DNA from: Bdellovibrionales bacterium | Lineage (GTDB): Bacteria > Bdellovibrionota > Bdellovibrionia > Bdellovibrionales > UBA1609 | Assembly: GCA_027317865.1 (NCBI GenBank) | Contig: DAHVQG010000008.1 | Span: 32,001 to 96,000 of the forward strand | Direction of reading: 5' to 3' | DNA: 64,000 nt | Shown: piece by piece, positions 57,206-64,000 of the stretch | Position numbering within the stretch: position 1 is the stretch's first letter | How the letters are laid out: each line of letters opens with the position of its first letter | Translations under genes and position numbers: made by a program | Notes under the pieces: model-generated | Told to the model about the DNA's origin: nothing | The model's input: the letters and a program-made list of their open reading frames with translations, nothing else | The model's database searches: none

Positions 57206-59137
57206 TTAGATCACCACTACCGTTAGAATAATAACCACAAGCCCGAGCGCAATATAAAGTGCGTATTGTTGTAAATTGCCCGTTTGAATACTGCTCAGTC
57301 CGTTGCTCGCGCTCTCAACCCAATCGGCCACAAGATAAGTGAGCTTATCGATAAAATTAACGTCGATATACGCCCAAAGACCTTTTGCCAAATCGATAAT
57401 TGGATTAATAATTCGGCCAAAATAAATTTCATCGACGTAATATTTGTTTAACACAACGTCATAGACGGGACCTGCCTCTTCAGCCATTTTCGGCGCAAGC
57501 TCTGGTTTTTTAATGTAAACAACGTAAGCAAAAATTGCGCTTGCTAACACTAGCGCCGTGGATAGGCCCATTAAAGACCACTCCAGAGCAGGCGATTTGG
57601 CGGCAAATGTCCCCATCGCAACGGCCGGACGAAGCCAATCATTAAATAAATTCGGGATATGTCCGGGCAAAAGTTTACGGATTGAGTCCGGCATCCCCAC
57701 CCATCCGCCAACAACGGATAAAACTCCCAGCACAACTAACGGTAGCGCCATAACGGCCGGTGATTCATGCGCGTGAACTTTTTCGGAGACACGAGATTTA
57801 CCCCAAAAAACGAGGGCCATCATGCGGGTCATATAAAATGCCGTAAAAATGGCGCCCAATAGACCCAAAAGCCACAAGATAACGCCACCGTGTGGATATG
57901 AGTACGCATAACCCAAAATTGAATCTTTGCTAAAAAACCCAGCAAACGGCGGAAGACCAATGATCGCCAGATACGCGCACAAAAATGTGACGTATGTAAT
58001 CGGCATTTTCTTAGCAAGCCCGCCCATTTTTCGCATATCTTGTTCGCCATCAAGAGCATGAATAATCGAGCCCGCCCCCAAGAACAAAAGCGCTTTAAAA
58101 AACGCGTGCGTCATCACGTGAAATAATCCAGCGCTAAAGGCGCCGACGCCTGCCCCAAGAAACATGTACCCCAATTGCGAAATTGTGGAGTAGGCAAGCA
58201 CCTTTTTAATATCCCATTGGGTAACGGCAATCGTCGAGGCATAGAGAGCCGTTACGGCGCCAACTGTGGCGACAACGAGCATCGCATTCGGGGCCATCAA
58301 AAATACATGGTTTAAGCGAACGATCATGTATACGCCAGCGGTTACCATGGTTGCCGCATGAATGAGCGCAGAAACCGGAGTTGGGCCCGCCATGGCGTCT
58401 GGCAACCAAACATAAAGCGGAATTTGTGCTGACTTGCCCGTTGCGCCTATAAACAAAAATAAGCACGCCAGCGTGATTGGCCCAAACCAACCGACCTCGG
58501 GAAATGTCGGCATCAAGTGAGAAAGTTGTGCAAAATTAACCGTCCCAAAAGTTTTGTATAGAAGAAATATGCCAAGAAGAAAGCCCGCATCGCCGATTCG
58601 GTTCGTGATAAACGCCTTCATTCCGGCTGCGGCTTTTTGCTCATCATCAAACCAAAACCCAATAAGAAGATACGAGCAAAGACCGACGCCCTCCCACCCT
58701 ACAAACATGATGAGAAGATTGGCGCCAAGAACAAGAAGAAGCATATTAAAAATAAAGTAGTTAAGGTAAGAAAAGTATTTGGCCGGGCGCTTATCGTGAG
58801 CCATGTAACCAATACTATAAATATGAATGAGTGAGCCGACCCCGGTGATAATCAAAATCATAACCGCACTGATGGGGTCGAGAACAAAACCGGCGCTTGC
58901 GTGAAACCCGCCGACTGAAATCCAATTGTAGAAATTAACTTGAATTGCCCGCGAGGCGACCGGGAGACCCGCTAGTTTCATCACTAAATAACAAGCGGTC
59001 ATGAACGAAATGAGCAGCGCTCCGCTTGCTACAGTCCCAGCAACAATGGCGTTGTGGCTTTTAAACCGCGCTCCGTTAAAAAGTGCGCCGAGAAGTGGCG
59101 CGCCTAATAAAATTAAAAATAAAGCAGTATCTGGCAT
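57206..59137 (-). CDS. nuoL: NADH-quinone oxidoreductase subunit L
   Basis: GWEGVG, KAFITNRIGD, GKSAQIPL.VWLPDAMAGPTPVSALIHAATMV, THAFFKA. Confidence 0.96.
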   Translation of the reverse strand: MPDTALFLILLGAPLLGALFNGARFKSHNAIVAGTVASGALLISFMTACYLVMKLAGLPVASRAIQVNFYNWISVGGFHASAGFVLDPISAVMILIITGVGSLIHIYSIGYMAHDKRPAKYFSYLNYFIFNMLLLVLGANLLIMFVGWEGVGLCSYLLIGFWFDDEQKAAAGMKAFITNRIGDAGFLLGIFLLYKTFGTVNFAQLSHLMPTFPEVGWFGPITLACLFLFIGATGKSAQIPLYVWLPDAMAGPTPVSALIHAATMVTAGVYMIVRLNHVFLMAPNAMLVVATVGAVTALYASTIAVTQWDIKKVLAYSTISQLGYMFLGAGVGAFSAGLFHVMTHAFFKALLFLGAGSIIHALDGEQDMRKMGGLAKKMPITYVTFLCAYLAIIGLPPFAGFFSKDSILGYAYSYPHGGVILWLLGLLGAIFTAFYMTRMMALVFWGKSRVSEKVHAHESPAVMALPLVVLGVLSVVGGWVGMPDSIRKLLPGHIPNLFNDWLRPAVAMGTFAAKSPALEWSLMGLSTALVLASAIFAYVVYIKKPELAPKMAEEAGPVYDVVLNKYYVDEIYFGRIINPIIDLAKGLWAYIDVNFIDKLTYLVADWVESASNGLSSIQTGNLQQYALYIALGLVVIILTVVVI

Positions 59138-59150
59138 GCTCCCCTCAGCG

Positions 59151-59498
59151 TTAGCCCTTTAAATGCTCAAACGATTTGATATTCACTTCTTTGAAGCGCT
59201 TAAAAATATTCACAGCTAGTGCAAGCCCTACGCCCGCCTCGGCCGCGGCAACAGTCATAACAAAAAACGCAAGTATGTTGCCGCTGACGTCTTGGCGATA
59301 GTGCGCAAAGGCGATGAAAGCTAAATTTACCGCATTGAGCATAAGCTCGATACCCATGAGCATGACAATTACGTTTTTCCGTAGCAAGACGCCCAACATG
59401 CCGATTGCAAAAACCACCGCCGACAACGCCAGATAGTGGTTGAGCGTCACAAGCGTTAAATGTGTAATCACTTGTCCGGCACTAGTTGTGATGGGCAT
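59151..59498 (-). CDS. nuoK: NADH-quinone oxidoreductase subunit K
   Basis: IELMLNAVNL, VAAAEAGVGLA; SD GGAGGT before ATG 59498. Confidence 0.95.
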   Translation of the reverse strand: MPITTSAGQVITHLTLVTLNHYLALSAVVFAIGMLGVLLRKNVIVMLMGIELMLNAVNLAFIAFAHYRQDVSGNILAFFVMTVAAAEAGVGLALAVNIFKRFKEVNIKSFEHLKG

Positions 59499-60018
59499 GT
59501 GTACCTCCACGAGAACGTGCGACCGCGACAACTCCGACCGCGACAACAAGAAGCAACACGCCTAACGCCTCAAAGGCGAGTACGTATTGAGTAAAGAGCC
59601 GAAGTGCCAGACTTTTTATAATTTCAATTTGCTCGGCGGGGGTGGGTAGCGCTGTTGAAACGTTGAGCGCAATAACCCCCTCACGAATGGCTAACGCGAG
59701 CGCACCGACAAACAAAAGCGCGCAAACAAATTTAAGGAGCACACTAAATTTACTCCCAGAAAATGCCGCGATTTCTTTTCGTAGGTCAAACATCATGAGG
59801 ACCATGACGAACAAAACCATTACAGCGCCAGCGTAAACGATGAGCTGCACTCCGGCGATAAAATACGCCTGCAAAAGAAAGTACATGAACCCGAGACCAA
59901 GCATTGTAACCGCGAGCGAAAGTGCCGCGTAAATGGGGTTGGGCAATATCACAACTGCGGCAGAAAAAACGACGATAAGAAACGCCAAAACCAGAAATAA
60001 AATCGTCGATAAATCCAT
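59482..60018 (-). CDS. nuoJ: NADH-quinone oxidoreductase subunit J
   Basis: NPIYAAL, QLIVYAGAVMVLFVMVLM, FEALGVLLL; TAATG coupling to the nuoH stop. Confidence 0.95.
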   Translation of the reverse strand: MDLSTILFLVLAFLIVVFSAAVVILPNPIYAALSLAVTMLGLGFMYFLLQAYFIAGVQLIVYAGAVMVLFVMVLMMFDLRKEIAAFSGSKFSVLLKFVCALLFVGALALAIREGVIALNVSTALPTPAEQIEIIKSLALRLFTQYVLAFEALGVLLLVVAVGVVAVARSRGGTHAHHN

Positions 60019-61169
60019 TAGTGTGCTCCCATCAAAAGCATCCATCCGCCCGTCAGAATAACGTTAAAAAGCGCCCACGGTAGCATGGTCTTCCAACCAA
60101 GATCCATAAGCTGGTCGTAGCGAAAGCGGGGGAGGGTCCAGCGCACCCATATGAACACCCACAAGAAAAAGAGAACTTTGATGAAAAACACTATAAATAA
60201 TACGATAGACGTTAAAATTGCGATTGGATTGGCGCCCCAATGAACCCATGTTGCAATTTGATTATGCACTTGTTCAACCGTAAGACCCGGAATCAAATAT
60301 CCGCCAAAATAAAACGTCACCATAAGCGCTGAACTCACAAGCATGTGCCCATATTCGCCGATGTAAAACATGAGCATTTTAAGGCCGCCGTACTCGGTGT
60401 GGTAACCGGCAACGAGTTCGCCCTCGGCCTCAGGCAAATCAAACGGCAATCGATTTGTTTCGGCAAATGTTGCGGCAAAAAACAAAATGGCGCCTAAAGG
60501 TTGATAAAAAATACCCCAATTCAGCGCCGGCACATGAAAATGCATGCCAAGAAAGGAGGTGAGCGGCGCGCTTTGAAAGTGTACCATTTGCGAAAAATCA
60601 AACGTGCCAAAAACCATAATCGCGCCAACAAGCGATAGCCCCAGGGCCAGTTCGTAGCTGATCGTTTGTGCGCTGGCCCTCAACGCACCCATTAAAGAAT
60701 ATTTATTTGACGACCCCCATCCGGCCATCAAAAGCGAATAAGCGCCAAGAGATGAAACGCCCAACACAAACACAATCCCAACGCCAAAATGAAAGCTTTG
60801 AAATTCAAAATTATAGGGTCCGAATTTATGCCCATTCCATAAAAATTGGCTGATGTGTATCGGCGCAGAAAGCGGAATTGATGCGAATGCCAAGGCCGCC
60901 GGCACAAGGGCTAATACTGGGGCAGCATAAAAGACAAGCCCCAAGCCTCGTTCTGGTAAAAATTCTTCTTTTTGTAAAAATTTAACCGCATCGGCCAATA
61001 ATTGCATGAGCCCCAAAGGTCCGACACGATTTGGGCCCAGCCGCGACTGAATGAAAGCAGATCCTCGCCGCTCAACCCATACAAGAATGGGCACAAGCTG
61101 CACCATCAATAGAAAAATGGCGAGCATTTTGACCGTATTTATCGTTATCTCAAAAAAATCTTGCCCCAT
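60018..61169 (-). CDS. nuoH: NADH-quinone oxidoreductase subunit H
   Basis: ERR...Q.R.GPNRVG, ADAVK, R.SAQTISYE, AETNRLPFDLPEAEGELVAGYHTEY, PRFRYDQLM. Confidence 0.96.
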   Translation of the reverse strand: MGQDFFEITINTVKMLAIFLLMVQLVPILVWVERRGSAFIQSRLGPNRVGPLGLMQLLADAVKFLQKEEFLPERGLGLVFYAAPVLALVPAALAFASIPLSAPIHISQFLWNGHKFGPYNFEFQSFHFGVGIVFVLGVSSLGAYSLLMAGWGSSNKYSLMGALRASAQTISYELALGLSLVGAIMVFGTFDFSQMVHFQSAPLTSFLGMHFHVPALNWGIFYQPLGAILFFAATFAETNRLPFDLPEAEGELVAGYHTEYGGLKMLMFYIGEYGHMLVSSALMVTFYFGGYLIPGLTVEQVHNQIATWVHWGANPIAILTSIVLFIVFFIKVLFFLWVFIWVRWTLPRFRYDQLMDLGWKTMLPWALFNVILTGGWMLLMGAH

Positions 61170-61180
61170 GTTTTATTTGA

Positions 61181-61552
61181 TTATTCCCACTCAAGCGCGT
61201 GCGATTTGATTTCCCAAAATAAACCAAAAATAAAAATCAGTAAAAATACCCCCATCACGCCTGCAATATACGGGCCCGCGCCTCGTGATGCAAAATCGCG
61301 AAACGACACTGCCCATGGGTACATAAATATAATTTCGATATCAAAAAGAATAAAAAGTATTGCGGTTAGATAAAATTTAACTGGAATTTTCGTGTTTCCC
61401 GTCACTTGCTCCGGTAAGCCGCACTCGTAAGCTTCTGATTTAACTTTGCTCGGCTTGGCTCGGGAGCTGAGAAGCCCCGCCACAAGAAGAAGCACAGAGC
61501 CAAAAATAATGACAAATAATAAGAGCACCAACGCTGCAAACAATGGCATCAT
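61181..61552 (-). CDS. nuoA: NADH-quinone oxidoreductase subunit A
   Basis: YECG, FYLTAILFILFDIE..F.YPWA, ALEWE. Confidence 0.95.
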   Translation of the reverse strand: MMPLFAALVLLLFVIIFGSVLLLVAGLLSSRAKPSKVKSEAYECGLPEQVTGNTKIPVKFYLTAILFILFDIEIIFMYPWAVSFRDFASRGAGPYIAGVMGVFLLIFIFGLFWEIKSHALEWE

Positions 61553-61692
61553 GAAAATTCTCGCTGTTTATGTCCCTTCTGTTATACAAATGGTCATCGA
61601 CTTCTCCAACCAAATGATTTTGTGCGGCGGGCTATTTTTCTTCCGATGTCTGCTCCCTCTCACGATTTATTTTTGCTATGCTACAGTTTCGC

Positions 61693-64000
61693 GTGCCAAA
61701 TCGACTCAATCCGGCTGCTGTTGAAGTTGAGCCCCTAACGCTCGACACGATTGCAAGCCTCTCGCGTGCCCTTGAAGTTCGAGCCCCGCCCATCCATTTG
61801 GCGGGAGTGCACTCGTGTGCCTCGCTTGGCCTTCTCTTGTCCCAGACACATTCCGGCCGGCCTGCAAAGCGACCTCTCGTGATTGTAACCCCTGATCATG
61901 AAACAGCCGAGCGGCTTATGCAGTCGATCGAGTTTTTTGATCCTTTTCGACCCATTCATTTACTGCCGGCTTTTGACGTTGATCCGTACAGTGGTCTTTA
62001 CCCAAACCCGCGCGTCATTGCTTCGCGCTTAAGATGGCTCTACCAGGCGACTCGCGCATACGAAGGCGAGATTTTTGTCGCTTCAGTTGAAGCGTTAATG
62101 CAAAAAACCTTGCCGTTTCAGGTTTTCAATTCGTCGACGCGCGTAATCGAACGCGGCTCCGAGCTACCGAAAGATTTTGCCTCTTATCTGGCCGCACTTG
62201 GTTATACGTCAGTTCCAACAGTTGAAGATGTGGGTTCGTTTACCCTCCGGGGCGGTGTAATCGATATTTTTTCGCCCGCACACTCCTACCCCGTGCGTCT
62301 TGAGCTTTTCGGCGACACCGTTGAGACACTTCGCTTTTTTGATCCCTCGACGCAGTTAAGCCTTGAAAATTCGGCATTTATTGAAAAAGCTGCCGCAGCC
62401 GTGCTTTTGCCCGCACGTGAAGTCCTCTATTCTGATGATAATCGGCAGCGCCTCGCACGCGCCCTTTCACAAGACTCGGCCGTCCACGCGAGCTCACAAG
62501 AGGCACGCCGCGAAGTACTTCGCGCCATCACTCAAGGTCAGCCCTTTTATGGCATCGATTATTTGATTCCATTTTTTTATGAAAACCCTGACTCTCCTCT
62601 GCAGTTCTTTTCTTGCCCCGTCGACTATTGGATCTTTCACGAGCTTGAAGCCACGCGCAAGGCAGACGAAGTATTTGCGCGGTTAAAAAAGGGATTTACC
62701 GAGTCGCACTCCAGTCACTTTCAAATACCGGTAGAAAAGCTCTATGTAGAATTTGAAAAACTTGAGCTGCCACCGGAATCAACTTCCATTTACATCAACA
62801 CCACAGTTCTTGGCCAAAATCACGAGGATGCGCCTCTTGAAATGACCACCTTTTCATTACAAGATTTTGCCGCAAACGCCCAACCGCTTGTCACTAAAAT
62901 TGATCAGCTTAGCCAATATTTGGGCGGCAAATTTCAAGAATGGCAAGATCTTCACTACCGCGTCTTCGTCGCGTGCAATACGCAAAGCTCCCTTGAAAGA
63001 CTAAAAGCTCTTTTTGAAAAGGCGAATATTCCCACGCTCGCGGTAAACAGTGACGTTTACACATGGTCGCAAACGTTGGAGCAAATGGCGCGTGCGCCGG
63101 TCGTGGCACTTGTGGCGCGGCGGTTGCCCGAATCATTTCGAATTCCGAGTGAACACTTTGTTTTTTTACGAGATGAGGATATTTGGGGTAAGCGCGGCCT
63201 TAGACGGCAAAACATTCAACCGGATATGGAGGCGCCACTTGCGCGCTCTCAAGCGCTCAGTTTTGGAGATCTTAACCCAGGAGATCTTGTTGTTCATCGC
63301 GTGCACGGTGTCGCTCGTTACGAAGGTTTAAAAGTCATGCGCATAGAGGGTGCTGAAGCCGAATTTATTGAGCTTGGGTATCGCGACGGTGATCGTTTGT
63401 ATTTGCCAATTTATCGAATCGGCCAGCTGCACAAATTCGTAGGGCCATCGGGCGATCACATGATTGATAAGCTCGGCACGAATTCTTGGAGCAAGGCCAA
63501 AACCAAAGTACGAAGCCACCTACGTGACATTGCTTCAAAACTTCTCGCGCTCTATGCAAAACGGGCTGAAATTTACCGGGCTCCGCTTTCGCCGCCTGAT
63601 AATAATTTTGTTGAGTTCGAAAATTTGTTCCCTTACGACGAAACGCCCGATCAACTTCACGCTATCTCGGATATTCTAAATGACTTTCGCAAAGAACGCC
63701 CCATGGACCGCCTTATTTGCGGTGACGTCGGCTTTGGCAAAACTGAAGTGGCGATGCGTGCGGCATTTAAGGTTGTCGAAGATCACAAACAAGTGGCCAT
63801 CATTGCGCCGACAACTATTTTAACATTTCAACACTATGAAAATTTTAAAAAGCGCTTCTCCGGTTGGGCAGTTGAAATACGGGAGCTCAACCGATTTGTT
63901 TCTTCACGCGATGTTAAAAAAACTCTCGCCGACCTTCGTGACGGCAAGGTGGATATCGTCATTGGCACGCACCGGCTTTTAAGTCGCGACGTTGAATTTA
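61693..64000 (+). CDS. mfd: Transcription-repair coupling factor Mfd (runs off the window end; absent from ORF track because no stop is reached)
   Basis: Manual translation from GTG 61693 (in-frame ATG at 61678): RGGVIDIF, GDLVVH..HG..RY.G, FPYDETPDQ, PMDRLICGDVGFGKTEVAMRAAF, IGTHRLLS. Confidence 0.95.
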   Translation, partial: MPNRLNPAAVEVEPLTLDTIASLSRALEVRAPPIHLAGVHSCASLGLLLSQTHSGRPAKRPLVIVTPDHETAERLMQSIEFFDPFRPIHLLPAFDVDPYSGLYPNPRVIASRLRWLYQATRAYEGEIFVASVEALMQKTLPFQVFNSSTRVIERGSELPKDFASYLAALGYTSVPTVEDVGSFTLRGGVIDIFSPAHSYPVRLELFGDTVETLRFFDPSTQLSLENSAFIEKAAAAVLLPAREVLYSDDNRQRLARALSQDSAVHASSQEARREVLRAITQGQPFYGIDYLIPFFYENPDSPLQFFSCPVDYWIFHELEATRKADEVFARLKKGFTESHSSHFQIPVEKLYVEFEKLELPPESTSIYINTTVLGQNHEDAPLEMTTFSLQDFAANAQPLVTKIDQLSQYLGGKFQEWQDLHYRVFVACNTQSSLERLKALFEKANIPTLAVNSDVYTWSQTLEQMARAPVVALVARRLPESFRIPSEHFVFLRDEDIWGKRGLRRQNIQPDMEAPLARSQALSFGDLNPGDLVVHRVHGVARYEGLKVMRIEGAEAEFIELGYRDGDRLYLPIYRIGQLHKFVGPSGDHMIDKLGTNSWSKAKTKVRSHLRDIASKLLALYAKRAEIYRAPLSPPDNNFVEFENLFPYDETPDQLHAISDILNDFRKERPMDRLICGDVGFGKTEVAMRAAFKVVEDHKQVAIIAPTTILTFQHYENFKKRFSGWAVEIRELNRFVSSRDVKKTLADLRDGKVDIVIGTHRLLSRDVEF

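Noticed and set aside
1..64000. Many 60-180 aa alternative-frame and antisense ORFs in the ORF track (e.g. 935-1210, 13063-13557, 36530-37069, 46739-47254)
   Set aside because: They lie within confidently identified genes, have no recognisable motifs or RBS, and are expected shadow ORFs
1..64000. CRISPR arrays, IS elements, integrases, prophage or defence islands
   Set aside because: No regularly spaced repeats or transposase, integrase or phage motifs were seen; intergenic gaps are all under about 200 bp
61553..64000. Apparent 2.4-kb region lacking a long ORF in the track (possible ncRNA or pseudogene)
   Set aside because: Manual translation shows an Mfd reading frame that runs off the window end

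Overview
This window is densely coding core chromosome. I found no mobile elements, prophage, CRISPR array, rRNA or tRNA. Gene content and order suggest a Bdellovibrionota (Bdellovibrio-like predator) genome, which is an inference: membrane-arm-only nuo operon, Ast-like cluster, orphan pilT, and a FlhG-like ATPase paired with a J/HTH protein. About 60 genes are present. In order: cdsA-rseP-tsaB-MinD/FlhG-like ATPase-J/HTH-rluD-pgeF; two exported hypotheticals; mltG with a 4-gene Ast-like cluster; a TPR/SH3-cNMP-AI-2E-bamD-TPR-hpt operon; rng-rplU-rpmA-obgE-nadD/rsfS fusion-rlmH-comF-lolA-rimO; pilT; nucleoside salvage genes; a stanniocalcin-like secreted protein; a subtilase; asnS-propionyl-CoA carboxylase-methylmalonyl-CoA mutase; tatBC; an M16 peptidase; hemW-grpE-dnaJ-LpoA-like-dksA-lon; an HTH/patatin divergon; nuoAHJKLMN; and the 5' part of mfd. 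The best leads are: (1) an Ast-like pathway lacking astB/astE whose M20 hydrolase has lost most metal and catalytic residues; (2) a sigma28-type promoter inside an SD-sequestering hairpin upstream of lon; (3) an orphan MinD/FlhG-like ATPase beside an HPD-less J-domain/HTH protein; (4) a bacterial stanniocalcin-like protein; (5) an unannotated 26-aa membrane peptide; (6) a palindrome-rich operator between an HTH gene and a patatin gene; (7) repeated leaderless-mRNA promoter architecture. All calls come from reading motifs by eye; no database searches were run.
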